41,933 nucleotides of DNA. Origin: an uncultured bacterium. Lineage in GTDB: Bacteria > Chlamydiota > Chlamydiia > Chlamydiales > JABDDJ01. Position 1 is the stretch's first letter. Every line of letters begins with the position of its first letter. The translations under genes were made by a program, and so were the position numbers. Positions 14,501 to 24,293 of this stretch are shown here, piece by piece. A model generated the notes under the pieces. The model was given only the letters and a program-made list of their open reading frames with translations, had not been told where the DNA came from and made no database searches. The DNA is taken from positions 1 to 41,933 of the forward strand of contig CAZZJE010000001.1 in the NCBI GenBank assembly GCA_964654295.1. Direction: 5' to 3'.

Positions 14501-16324
14501 CTACTGGTTATAATCTATGTAGTATTTCACTCCCTCTTTCTCTAATAAGATACGCGTGGGTTTAATGCTAGTAATTAACATTCCATCCATCACATCTCCT
14601 CGTGTCCAGACTCTTCCATTAATCATCACGGTTAAATTTGATCCACCTTGTGTTGAGGAGCCTGTGACGCGATACTTATCCGTGATGTTAATTAAGTTCT
14701 GTTCAGCAGCTAGTTCAGAGACGGAATTGCGCACTCCACGCACGCCTGGTATTTTTTCAAGCTCTTGGATGGCTTTACTAAACTCTTCGCTCTTTCCAAT
14801 AGGAATTCCACCCGCTAAAATAAGCTCTTGGCCTTTAATCTGAACGGCGACATCCTTAAATCCTAATCGACGCAAGGTGTTCTCAGCTTGACCTGCAACC
14901 TCTTCTTCAACGATATATCCCTTTTCAAGTAGGTCTGGATATGGAAAGTTTACACTCAGGTATTCGTCGAGATGCTCGGCTTGTTCACGAGTGTCTAAGA
15001 AGCCGGATACAACGAATCTTCCGGGTGCTTGAGCCTGGATTGTAATGCCTTTCCAGTTACGGGCAATCAATGGATTAAACTCGCGTGTCACGGACTCATC
15101 GACGACAATCCCGCTGTCATCAATATTTTTAATAAAACTTAGCCCTTCCAAGTTACCTAGAAGCTGATTTCTATCTGTGTAGGTTAAAACATGTCCGACT
15201 AAGAAAAGACGGCCGGTAGAGGCGTTAAATGTTTTACGTACAGCTGGAAAGCCAGAGATCGCTTTTTCTATTACAGAGTCTGGATTTTCAACGCGGTTGA
15301 CTGTAATTGATTCGGGCGAGCGAAATAGAGAGGTTGCCCCGAAGCCAATAATGGCAAACAGTGCTGAAAAGATAGCGACGACGATAAAAGCACTTAAAGC
15401 GGCTCCCTTTTTCTCTGTTGAAATGGGCTGATCGAGTGGCGACTCTTTGGCGACCGGAGGGACAATGGGCTCTACGGGTGGAGTAGGCGCTAGAGAGGCT
15501 TCAGAGACAGGTACAGGCTCAGGTTCAGGCTTTGGATCCTCTTTTTGCAGCATCTTGACGATCGAAGGCATTAAAGGCGAAATAATCGTCTGCATTTTAC
15601 CTTCGCGATCCAATACAACAAAAGAGGTTGTACCCACATGGATCACAACACTGACACCTATCTCTCGACGCCCTTTTAAAGGCTCTCCATCCACCAATGT
15701 TCCATTGCGGCTATTTAAATCTTCGAGCCAGACGCGATCTTGATTATCAATTGTCAATCGAGCATGTTGACGAGAGACACTTGTATCATGAAAGACGATG
15801 TCGCATCGATTAGGATCGGTTCCAATCAGATAGCTACTTTCAGGCTGCATAAAGAATTCAGCGCCATGGTTGGGTCCACCAATGACCTTTAACAGCCAGC
15901 GTCCCGTCTCGTCTAAGTTAAAATCGATATCTGTCAATAAATCTTGATCAAGCGGCTGCTCTTCTGGAGTCTCTTCCGCCGCTTCATCAGATGCAACATT
16001 ATTTTCGTAGAGATGCGCTTCTGATTCACTATAAAAACGAAAAGTTTCGCCTCCTATCGTAATCAAATCGCCATGCTGTAGCAGATAGGGTGCCAAAATG
16101 TGTTCGCCATTAATCAGAATAGGATTTGTTTCGCTAAGGTTTTCTAAACTAAATTGAGCGCCGTTTTCTCTGCGGCAGACGGCATGTTGACGAGAAACAG
16201 AGGGATCTTCTACGAGTAATTGAGCGCTGTCAGGATCACGGCCAATCACCCACTCTTCTCCCTCATCTAGGGAGAGCACCAGTCCGCGTAATGCACCTTC
16301 TTCAGCAACAAACTTCGCAGCCAT
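14501..16324 (-). CDS. sctD: T3SS inner-membrane ring protein SctD (CdsD) with two N-terminal FHA domains
   Basis: FHA1 is WVIGRDPDSAQLLVEDPSVSRQHAVCRR...LENLSETNPILINGEHI...GDLITIGGETFRF. FHA2 is YLIGTDPNRCDIVFHDTSVSRQHARLTI...LEDLNSRNGTLVDGEPL. There is a single TM segment (AALSAFIVVAIFSALFAIIGFGATSLF), followed by a periplasmic YscD-like region. Confidence 0.9.
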   Translation of the reverse strand: MAAKFVAEEGALRGLVLSLDEGEEWVIGRDPDSAQLLVEDPSVSRQHAVCRRENGAQFSLENLSETNPILINGEHILAPYLLQHGDLITIGGETFRFYSESEAHLYENNVASDEAAEETPEEQPLDQDLLTDIDFNLDETGRWLLKVIGGPNHGAEFFMQPESSYLIGTDPNRCDIVFHDTSVSRQHARLTIDNQDRVWLEDLNSRNGTLVDGEPLKGRREIGVSVVIHVGTTSFVVLDREGKMQTIISPLMPSIVKMLQKEDPKPEPEPVPVSEASLAPTPPVEPIVPPVAKESPLDQPISTEKKGAALSAFIVVAIFSALFAIIGFGATSLFRSPESITVNRVENPDSVIEKAISGFPAVRKTFNASTGRLFLVGHVLTYTDRNQLLGNLEGLSFIKNIDDSGIVVDESVTREFNPLIARNWKGITIQAQAPGRFVVSGFLDTREQAEHLDEYLSVNFPYPDLLEKGYIVEEEVAGQAENTLRRLGFKDVAVQIKGQELILAGGIPIGKSEEFSKAIQELEKIPGVRGVRNSVSELAAEQNLINITDKYRVTGSSTQGGSNLTVMINGRVWTRGDVMDGMLITSIKPTRILLEKEGVKYYIDYNQ

Positions 16325-16496
16325 AGGACCTCTTGACTCAATAATATAAATTGGCTAATGCTTCTAATCGATGAAGCTCTTCATGAATCTGTTTACTATT
16401 ATAGCAGGTTGTGTGCCAGTAAGCCAACAGGCTCTTAATGTGATGATAGAATTTTAACTTTTCTCTATTAATAACGTGTAAATTTTTCTCGATCTC

Positions 16497-16931
16497 TTAT
16501 TCCTCTGCGTTGGCTGTTTCCTCCTCCTGCTCTTGAGGATGTGTCAATTTTCTGGTTTCTGTATACCAATAATCTAAAGCATTGATGAAATCTTCAATAA
16601 TTTCGCTAAAGCGACGATAATCCATCTCTTCATACACTTCGCGAGCCAAAAGAAGCATCTTTCCGCCTTCATCTAAGCCTAAAACTGCCCCTTCTGTTCC
16701 CTCGCCTAATAAATTGGCCAGCATGATGCTCTCATAATAGGCGTCTGCTCCCTCAGATGGCGCCTCTCCAATCACACAGGTTAAAGCAAAACCTCGAGGA
16801 ATTTCCGTCACATGAATCAATAATTCGTTGTCTAAAGGAATGCGATAGACTCCAGGAATATCCGTTTTTAAAGAAAAATCAAGCTCCAGCTCTTTAGTCA
16901 ATTCTCTCATGTAGGCGTCTAATAGCATCAT
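16497..16931 (-). CDS. Class I (CesT/SycE-like) T3SS chaperone, in the Scc4/CT663 position
   Basis: A 144-aa acidic protein. The pattern YRIPLDNELLIHVTEIPRGFALTCVIGE ... ANLLGEGTEGAVLGLDEGGKMLLLAREV is typical of the CesT-family fold. It lies directly upstream of sctD. Confidence 0.75.
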   Translation of the reverse strand: MMLLDAYMRELTKELELDFSLKTDIPGVYRIPLDNELLIHVTEIPRGFALTCVIGEAPSEGADAYYESIMLANLLGEGTEGAVLGLDEGGKMLLLAREVYEEMDYRRFSEIIEDFINALDYWYTETRKLTHPQEQEEETANAEE

Positions 16932-16954
16932 TTACCTCCAAGCAAAATTATGTG

Positions 16955-17110
16955 GAGTGCGGCGACTTGTCGCCGCTTTGTCGCTCGCTTCGACTTGTCG
17001 AAGCGTGGAAAGCCATTATTATTAAATTTTTTCTGGTATTCCAGCATCTCGACAAGTCGAGATGAGCAAAAAGCGGCGACAAGTCGCCGCACTCAAAGCC
17101 TACGCTACAT
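16955..17110. repeat. Composite palindromic element: two inverted family A units (16955-17005 and 17045-17094) plus a family B fragment (17095-17110)
   Basis: GAGTGCGGCGACTTGTCGCCGCTTTGTCGCTCGCTTCGACTTGTCGAAGCG and its near reverse complement CATCTCGACAAGTCGAGATGAGCAAAAAGCGGCGACAAGTCGCCGCACTC flank a 39-bp AT-rich spacer. The following AAAGCCTACGCTACAT matches 33622-33637. Confidence 0.85.
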
Positions 17111-17118
17111 ACTTCGTT

Positions 17119-18846
17119 CTAATTACGCACTCCAATTGAAAATGCTTTATAAAGTGCTCCTAAGGCGCGCTCTTTAGATTCAATGATACTCCTAATCGCT
17201 TCGGTTGCATCATTAAAACCTTTAGTTGCCGATTGCATGGCCGTTTCGTTGATTTTTTCGTAGCCCTCTAACATTTTTAAGCGTGCATCGTTTTCTGCTT
17301 TAAGCAGTGTGATCATCGCGTTGGCGGCATTTTCAACCATTTTTGTGCCAGAATCAACCATCTGCCCAACATAGACGCGCTGCCAAAAGAGCTCTTGGGC
17401 TCTATGTTCAACTGCAGAGGGTTTATTGGATTGAGCCTTGTTTAATTCAATTTTAGCTAAGTTTAATTCTTGATCATCTTTTACAACTGTTTTTTCCAAA
17501 TCTCTAATTTCGGCATCCTTTTTATCTAGATTAGCCTGTCTATCAGGCGGCGCATCAGATGAAGTATTTCGTTCATAGTTAGATCTTTCTGTTTTTAGGC
17601 GAGATAAGCGTTGCTCTTGGGTCTCTTTAAGAGGCATGCCATTCGCATCCTTTTCTCCTGGAACGTCATATGTTTGGTTTCTTTTCGTTTCCAAGGTAGT
17701 AACTCTCTCCTGCTGCATGTCTATTTCTTTGGTGACCTGGCCTTCAGCATCTCTACGCGAATTTGCCATATAACCCAGAGTGATACCTGTGCTGACAAAG
17801 TTGACCGCAGCCATCGCGGCTTGGACGAAGTACATCATGGCCTGTTTTTCAGCAGAAGCAATGATTTGGTCAGCTGCTGACTTCGCGATCTCCATCGTGC
17901 GGTCCATCGCAGCAATTTTATTTTTTGCTTCGACCTGTTGCACTTGGCTCATAATCTGCATCTGTTCATAGAAGAAGATCGCAAGCACAGCTGTCAAGCT
18001 AACGGCGAAAAATGGGTTTCCCCCCGGAGCATCGGGAGGTCCACCACCAGAAGTTGCAGTGACGCTGCTTCTGGGTGCAACAAGCTCGGGATGAGTTGGA
18101 TCAGCTCTGAGCATTCTTTCGACATGATCGTGAATTGGCCCAACGGTTTGGTCCATGACTTTATCGATAGATGCATCGAACGAGTTGACAACTGCCTGCA
18201 TGATCGGGTCTTGAACGAGAGCTTTCTGCTCCTCGCTCAGTTGTGGATATTTGGCTAAATTTTCCGGGCTTGGGTTGTTGATCAATTCCCTCAAGCCATC
18301 CGGACCAATCTTATTTTGAATGTCTTGTGCTTTAATTCCTAACACTTCAACTAATTCTGTCGTCGCTTGTTGACTAGGTTGAACACCGCCTTCAGTGAGA
18401 CGTCCATCAATTTGTTGTTTAATTTCAGGAGAGAGGCTATCTCTCACTAGAATCAGTGTTGCTGGGCTGTTCATGGCTAAAAGAAAATCTTCTTTTAATA
18501 GCTGCTTACCTGCATTAGCCACCTGTTGCTCATATTCTGGAGTGCCGGGTTGGGCATTAATTCCTCCCGATGTAGAGGCTTCAGTGCCAGGCTCTTGGCC
18601 ATCTCTGGCTGAGACGATCTGATCTTGGAACTCTAATGTTCCTAAGTTATCTTTCAACTTTACATCTGTCGAGCTCGATTCCTCAAATTCTTGGCCAGAA
18701 GTCAACCGAGCAATCTGTTGTTGAAGAGTTGTGGCGTCGGCGCTGTTGCCAAATTTTCGGATCATTCCTTGTGCATTTTCACTGTTGACGCCTGTATCAA
18801 AATTTTGGGCAGCTCCGCTACTGCTATCGGAAACTCCGCCTGTCAT
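17119..18846 (-). CDS. Putative T3SS translocator/hydrophobic substrate (575 aa; coiled coils plus two hydrophobic helices)
   Basis: ATG preceded by AAGGAGA. Two hydrophobic segments (FFAVSLTAVLAIFFY and MMYFVQAAMAAVNFVSTGITLGYMA) are flanked by long charged helical regions, an architecture like the SctE/YopB/CopB class. It is the last gene of the chaperone-led operon. Confidence 0.5.
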   Translation of the reverse strand: MTGGVSDSSSGAAQNFDTGVNSENAQGMIRKFGNSADATTLQQQIARLTSGQEFEESSSTDVKLKDNLGTLEFQDQIVSARDGQEPGTEASTSGGINAQPGTPEYEQQVANAGKQLLKEDFLLAMNSPATLILVRDSLSPEIKQQIDGRLTEGGVQPSQQATTELVEVLGIKAQDIQNKIGPDGLRELINNPSPENLAKYPQLSEEQKALVQDPIMQAVVNSFDASIDKVMDQTVGPIHDHVERMLRADPTHPELVAPRSSVTATSGGGPPDAPGGNPFFAVSLTAVLAIFFYEQMQIMSQVQQVEAKNKIAAMDRTMEIAKSAADQIIASAEKQAMMYFVQAAMAAVNFVSTGITLGYMANSRRDAEGQVTKEIDMQQERVTTLETKRNQTYDVPGEKDANGMPLKETQEQRLSRLKTERSNYERNTSSDAPPDRQANLDKKDAEIRDLEKTVVKDDQELNLAKIELNKAQSNKPSAVEHRAQELFWQRVYVGQMVDSGTKMVENAANAMITLLKAENDARLKMLEGYEKINETAMQSATKGFNDATEAIRSIIESKERALGALYKAFSIGVRN

Positions 18847-18909
18847 AATTTTCTCCTTGTTTGCGAATTCGATGATAGAATTCGAAAATTAAGTCCTATT
18901 GCTACCTCA

Positions 18910-20535
18910 TTAGGCTGTAACGAACTGGATGGTTGTTCCTGTATCAGTTTTATCGTCTAAACCTTCGGTTACCGATTGTTGCACGGAGGCAGCAACGTCG
19001 CGTAAGAAACTGATGTCTCTACGTAGTTGTTGTGGAGAAATCCCAACATTATTTAATCCTAAATCCATGGCAGCCACTAAGGCGGAAAAATTGCCCTCTT
19101 GTGTTGCCATTAATCCCTGTTGTAAAAAAAGAGTCAACGGATCTGATCTGTCAGTTAAACGTCTGCTCTCTACATCTTGACTTAACGATTCAAAGAGCGT
19201 TGCTAATTGGGGTTGTAAAGAGGACAAAACCTCTTCTCTCGCGTCATTTCCACTTAATGAGGCGGCGTAAGCAATCATCAGTAGTGTTGCTAAGGTCAAT
19301 CCTTTTGCTGCTGTAGGAGCTGCTTCAAAAGGAATTTCGCCAGTACTTACCAATATTTCCGAGAGCTGATCAAATGTTCCGGAGCCGACTAATAGTTGCA
19401 GCAGCAATTCCGCACTAAATTGCCGCGCTTGCCGTTTTTCAACAGCTGTTTCAACAGGGAGCGGTGCGATCCCACGCTCGGCAATCAATCCCGCAGATCC
19501 TAAAACCAGCGATGCAAGGACAGTAAGAGAAGAAGACAAGACCGCTTCTCCACCCGGACGGTCACTCTCTCCATACGAGGAATTAATGGCTCCATTGAAG
19601 CCCTCTAGCAATTGCTGCAGTCCCGGTCCTATAAAACCTCCCATCTCTCTCGGTGCAGTTGCATCTTTGGCTGCAGCGGTCAATCCAATTAATAGGGGAG
19701 GCGAACCGACTTCTAAGGCAGCAGCCATAGAAACCATTTGAATGGCAGAGAGAGCACCTTGCAAAATAGCCATTCCTCCCTCTTCACCAGCGAGCTGGCC
19801 ACCGCCACTTAGAGCTCCTTGATCGTTTGCTAAGGCACGTATCGTGGCTCGAGGGTCTGATCCGGGAGGAGAAGCAATGAGCTGCTCGGCAATGGCATAG
19901 AGTTGAGCTTGTCCTGTTTGTAAGCCTGCTAAATCGGCTAAATTTTGGTCATAAGATTCACTTTGTGAACTTAAGCTAGAGAGCAATCGGTCAGTATAGT
20001 GAATGATCTCCTGGCTGATCTCCATCGAACCATTTAAAGCAATGCCGGGCAGGGCGTAGTTAAATAGTTGATAGAGAGCCTCAGCACTTTCTGGAGAAAC
20101 TGGATGGTCAACCGAATGCAGGTGCTGAATGACTTTAGCTGCTATTTCAAGCGAGCGATCCAAAGCTTCGTAGCGTGGATTGCGATTGGTATAAAGCTCC
20201 TCTTGCTGTTGTAACAGCTCTGCTTTCACATCATCAGGCAGCGAATCGATGAGCTGTTTGTAATAGGTGTTCCACTCCCTTGAAGGGCCTTCACCGGGAT
20301 CCTCACTGAGTCGCACCTGTATATTAGGTCCTCTTAGCATAGGGTTGTCAGGACCAACATCATATTTCCAGACAGTTTTTTGGTTAATTTGAGTAAAAAC
20401 TTGCAGGGTATCTTGTGGAACAATACCTAAATTAGATTTTGCTACTTCGTCGGCCGCCTTATTATTGACACTTCCTGGTTCCCAGGGCTGCGGCCCTCCT
20501 GCCATCGGATGAGATTGTGCACCTGTGATTGTCAT
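18910..20535 (-). CDS. Putative T3SS translocator/substrate (541 aa) with Gly/Ala-rich hydrophobic segments
   Basis: The ATG at 20533-20535 is preceded by AAAAGGAG, and the ORF-track start (20598) overlaps the upstream gene. The hydrophobic stretches are ILQGALSAIQMVSMAAALEVGSPPLLIGLTAAA, AVLSSSLTVLASLVLGSAGLIA and GLTLATLLMIAYAASL. I recognise no enzymatic motif. Confidence 0.45.
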   Translation of the reverse strand: MTITGAQSHPMAGGPQPWEPGSVNNKAADEVAKSNLGIVPQDTLQVFTQINQKTVWKYDVGPDNPMLRGPNIQVRLSEDPGEGPSREWNTYYKQLIDSLPDDVKAELLQQQEELYTNRNPRYEALDRSLEIAAKVIQHLHSVDHPVSPESAEALYQLFNYALPGIALNGSMEISQEIIHYTDRLLSSLSSQSESYDQNLADLAGLQTGQAQLYAIAEQLIASPPGSDPRATIRALANDQGALSGGGQLAGEEGGMAILQGALSAIQMVSMAAALEVGSPPLLIGLTAAAKDATAPREMGGFIGPGLQQLLEGFNGAINSSYGESDRPGGEAVLSSSLTVLASLVLGSAGLIAERGIAPLPVETAVEKRQARQFSAELLLQLLVGSGTFDQLSEILVSTGEIPFEAAPTAAKGLTLATLLMIAYAASLSGNDAREEVLSSLQPQLATLFESLSQDVESRRLTDRSDPLTLFLQQGLMATQEGNFSALVAAMDLGLNNVGISPQQLRRDISFLRDVAASVQQSVTEGLDDKTDTGTTIQFVTA

Positions 20536-20563
20536 GTTTAACTCCTTTTTACCAGCTAAAGCC

Positions 20564-23500
20564 TTATCCTTTCGTTGATGATGAGTTTGCAGACGCAAGT
20601 TTAGACATAATTTGACTCAATTGAGTCCATTTTTTTGCTTGCAGTTCCTGAACGCTTTGTTTATGAGCGCTTAAGACTTCAACATCTTTAAGTAAAGTGT
20701 TGATCACTGTTTTCATGATGGCAATAACAGCATCCATTTGCTTCATGGCTGCTTCAAGTTGTGCAATACGTTTTGCCATATCGGCCAGAATGAGAGAGTT
20801 GAAAAATTGAATGGCCGAAGTCACCATTTGAATAATACCAGTTATTATTTCCACCATTTTGAACATCGCTTGTCCCATATCTTTTGAAAGAGCTCGGGTA
20901 AAGGCCATGTTCGCATCGCCAATTTTGCTCGGGTCTTTTTTCAAGACTTCCGCTCCCTCTTTCAGAGCGTCTTTATAATATTTTGTGCTTTCATCAAACG
21001 ATTTGCCGATGTCCTTGAAAAAATCGGTTACATCATCCCAGCCGAGTTCGGTCAGGGATTTTTTGATTTTAGAGAGTTTATCGGTGACGCCAGATTTAAA
21101 GCTTTTCCATGATTTCATCGCGTCAAAGTCATCGATGCTTTTGCCTAGATCTGTATTTGAAAGTTTGAAGTTATCGCTATTATTAAAGAATGCCACCATA
21201 TCATCTTTCATTTTGACGATATCTTCCCAAAGTCGTCTCATTTTAGTTTTTATAAAATCAATGAATTGCTGTGGATCATACTTTGAAAAAGCCTTGCTTA
21301 TTGTTCCTCCTACACGTGATCCTCTGCCACCCACTTCTGCTAAGTCATCACCTTGGTTGGCTACTTTGGTTGTTGCTGTATCGCTACTCTTTGAGATATC
21401 AGCAGTCACATTTGCAGCATCATCCGCTTTACCGGCTACTTTAGTTACATCTGTTGTTGCATCGGCACCCTTCGCAACACCACCGGAAACTTTGGCAGCA
21501 TCATCTCCTGATTTGGCAACTTTAGAAGTTTTGTCTATAGACTTGCCTGCCATTTCAGCATTTTGTTCCAAGGTTTTTTGCGCTTCTTTATAGGCAGATT
21601 GCATGTCATCTTTAAATCCTTCGCCCAGCTCTTTCAAACCTTTCTTAAAGCTATCCATATATTTGCTAGCTTTACTCGCATCGCCTGCATCATCTGCGGA
21701 CTTAGCTGTGTTTTGGCTGGCCTTAACTGCGTCGTCGCCAGATTCAGCGACGTCATCTAAAGAGTTTTGTAGCTTGGTGAGCCAATTGATCAATTTGTCT
21801 AGAGATTTTTGAAATTGCGAGGCCTGCGTTCCGGCTTTTGTAAGTGTAGGAGCTGCTTTAGCGCCCACTTGTGAAGTTTGTGCTGTCATTCGAGCAGCAT
21901 CGTCGGTCATCTGTGCAACGTCGTCTGCAGCTTTCATCATTTCGAGCAAGTGCCGCATCATACGAACGATTGCTTTAGCGATCGCATTTAAGACTTTCAT
22001 GAGAGGCTGCAGTAATCTCATAAGCACTTGAAGAACTTTTATGACCATTGAAATAATGAGCTTAATAATTCGCCCTACCATATTAAGGACTGCTGTTACA
22101 ACCATTGCAGGTACGACTTCAGCCATCATAGGAGGCATAAAGAAACCAATAATAATGACAGCTATCATCAAGAGGATCATGACGACCATCGCAAAGATTT
22201 GTTGAGCCTTTTCACTAGCGCCAAACAGCGCCAAGAAGTCTTGCAAAATCTTAGATTCCATAATGATCTGAAAGGCAATATCTATACCAACTATAAAACC
22301 CGCTGTCGAAGCAATCAGCAGCAATAAAATAACCGTGATTAACTTAGCCAAAAACTTAGGTAGTCCAAAGGTTTCCGATAAAAAGTTGACGATGGCTTCA
22401 ATAAATTTATCCATGCCGATGGTGTTGTTGATAACAACAACGGCAACTGCAAGGATAAGGGCCCAGCCTCCGGTCAAGACCCCAAAGACAAGCAAAAGAG
22501 CATCCATCAAAGGTCCCATAAAAGCCATGGATTGCTGCTTTTCTAATTGCTCTATCTGCTCTTCAATTTGAATGCGTTGTTTATCCAATTTGTTTAGCTG
22601 AATATCCATTTGTCCTGTAGAGACTCGCTTTGCAGCTTCGGTAGAAGCAATTACTGACTCACTTAAAATGCGGCTGATGTTATCTAAAGCTTCGCCAATC
22701 ACTTTCATCGCATCTAAAATTAAAGTACGATTAGGATCGCTTTCTGGAACACCTGGATAGGATAGTTTTCCCTTTAGAAATTCTTGGCTTAATTTAAGGG
22801 CAGATCTAGAGGTAATATATTGTTGGTTGTTAACGGCGGCAACAATCGACATAGGAATGCTAGGTAGTTGGGTATAGTTGACTCCAAACTGGGCATTGAT
22901 AGAGCTAAGGGTTTTTTCTTCGATTTCATCAAAAACGGCTCGCTTGCCGCTCGGAATTGAGTCGATGCTAGTTTCTCCGTACAATACAGAAAGAAACTGC
23001 TCTTGTTCGCTTGAGCTTAAACCAAATTCTCCGCTGGACACAAAGTCTTTGAATTGGTCAACAAGAGTGGTTCTGATGAGGGTGTCATAGTTTGATTTTG
23101 GAACAAAAGGATGATAGCCTTCCGGCGTTCCATATTTGTCTTGGATCTTTGCTTGCGCTTTGCCTATGAGTTCATTTGAAATTCCGCTCAGCGTCTCTCC
23201 CAACGAAATCTCAGCATCCGGATTGTAAAATTGAGTTCTGATTTGGGTTGCTTCGCCCTGTGAAATTTTTCCTTTTTTGACCAGTTTTTGCAACTGCTCT
23301 TCAAACTCTTCAATATAGGTGCCGCTGACTCGTGTGTCATTAAAGCTTAGCTCTTCTCCATCTTCTGGCAGTTTCCATCCATCAGGAGCACCAAAAGTTT
23401 GGTTGGTTGTAGTAACGGCTTCATTTTCAATTTTTTTAGATGTCGCCAATACCGTTGGATCCAAGCCTTGCAAATTAGGGTGGTCTAAAGCAAATATTAA

Positions 23501-24247
23501 TTTTTCGCGTGGAATTCCCTGGTTAGCGGCTTGGCCTGCAGAAAACATAAATTTTGCAATATTTGTTGCTGCCATTAAACCATCTGTGCTTTCTGTTAGC
23601 TTTTGCAACTCTTCGGAAGATGGCTGCCAGTCTCCTTGAAGGTCATATTGCTGCTGTACTTGTCCCGTTGCTTGTATATATACTTGTTGTGCAATTGCAC
23701 GGATTTGAGGATTAACGGGAGCATTAGGGTGCGTGACAGCAAAATTGACTTGCGCTTGTATATCCAATAGAGAAGTTCCCATGCTTCCTGCCAGTTCACT
23801 CATTTGATCCATAATCGGACCTTCAGCAGATAAAGATGAGAGTTTTTCTACAGACACCATAAAGCTTTTTTCAGGTGTCATTGGCGGAAGTGGCATTTTA
23901 GCGGCAAGATTTTGCAATGTCTCTTGGACATTGAATTGATCAGCTAATCGTATATCTCCAGTTGATGGTGTTAAGACAGGGGCATTTGCAGGAGGAAGAG
24001 GGGAAGCTGTTTCATTTAAAGTTTGGTAGGGAGATTCTGCCTGCTGTAAAGAATCTGTTGCTAAAGCAGCTGTAGAATTTGTTAAAGATGTTTTTTGGGA
24101 TGTTGTCGTTTGAGTAGAAACTTTTGTTTGCAGCGAAGCTAAAGTCGGTGCGCTCGCATCGCCATTTTTAGCTGGCTCCTGATCAAACCGAGTGGCAGAC
24201 CAAAAGATCTGTGGATTTGAAGCTCCTACTCCCGGTGGTTGGCTCAT
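20564..24247 (-). CDS. Giant (1227 aa) putative T3SS translocator with a central multi-TM block and a C-terminal DDA-repeat region
   Basis: It lies directly downstream of two LcrH-type chaperone genes. The N-terminus is Ser/Thr/Gln-rich. The hydrophobic block spans residues ~574-765 (21953-22528), e.g. LLLVFGVLTGGWALILAVAVVVI, ITVILLLLIASTAGFIVGIDIAF, IFAMVVMILLMIAVIIIGFF. Repeated (S/A)xDDA(x)KV/AS motifs are encoded at 21338-21931. Confidence 0.55.
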   Translation of the reverse strand: MSQPPGVGASNPQIFWSATRFDQEPAKNGDASAPTLASLQTKVSTQTTTSQKTSLTNSTAALATDSLQQAESPYQTLNETASPLPPANAPVLTPSTGDIRLADQFNVQETLQNLAAKMPLPPMTPEKSFMVSVEKLSSLSAEGPIMDQMSELAGSMGTSLLDIQAQVNFAVTHPNAPVNPQIRAIAQQVYIQATGQVQQQYDLQGDWQPSSEELQKLTESTDGLMAATNIAKFMFSAGQAANQGIPREKLIFALDHPNLQGLDPTVLATSKKIENEAVTTTNQTFGAPDGWKLPEDGEELSFNDTRVSGTYIEEFEEQLQKLVKKGKISQGEATQIRTQFYNPDAEISLGETLSGISNELIGKAQAKIQDKYGTPEGYHPFVPKSNYDTLIRTTLVDQFKDFVSSGEFGLSSSEQEQFLSVLYGETSIDSIPSGKRAVFDEIEEKTLSSINAQFGVNYTQLPSIPMSIVAAVNNQQYITSRSALKLSQEFLKGKLSYPGVPESDPNRTLILDAMKVIGEALDNISRILSESVIASTEAAKRVSTGQMDIQLNKLDKQRIQIEEQIEQLEKQQSMAFMGPLMDALLLVFGVLTGGWALILAVAVVVINNTIGMDKFIEAIVNFLSETFGLPKFLAKLITVILLLLIASTAGFIVGIDIAFQIIMESKILQDFLALFGASEKAQQIFAMVVMILLMIAVIIIGFFMPPMMAEVVPAMVVTAVLNMVGRIIKLIISMVIKVLQVLMRLLQPLMKVLNAIAKAIVRMMRHLLEMMKAADDVAQMTDDAARMTAQTSQVGAKAAPTLTKAGTQASQFQKSLDKLINWLTKLQNSLDDVAESGDDAVKASQNTAKSADDAGDASKASKYMDSFKKGLKELGEGFKDDMQSAYKEAQKTLEQNAEMAGKSIDKTSKVAKSGDDAAKVSGGVAKGADATTDVTKVAGKADDAANVTADISKSSDTATTKVANQGDDLAEVGGRGSRVGGTISKAFSKYDPQQFIDFIKTKMRRLWEDIVKMKDDMVAFFNNSDNFKLSNTDLGKSIDDFDAMKSWKSFKSGVTDKLSKIKKSLTELGWDDVTDFFKDIGKSFDESTKYYKDALKEGAEVLKKDPSKIGDANMAFTRALSKDMGQAMFKMVEIITGIIQMVTSAIQFFNSLILADMAKRIAQLEAAMKQMDAVIAIMKTVINTLLKDVEVLSAHKQSVQELQAKKWTQLSQIMSKLASANSSSTKG

Positions 24248-24293
24248 GAGATTTCTCCTTGCCTATTTCTCACTCTAACACCTAAAAGATTCA

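Noticed and set aside
16950-17177. 75-aa ORF (MWSAATCRRFVARFDLSKRGK...) on the plus strand.
   Set aside because: It is composed almost entirely of the family A/B palindromic elements and overlaps the 3' end of the 575-aa gene. It is an artefact of translating repeats.
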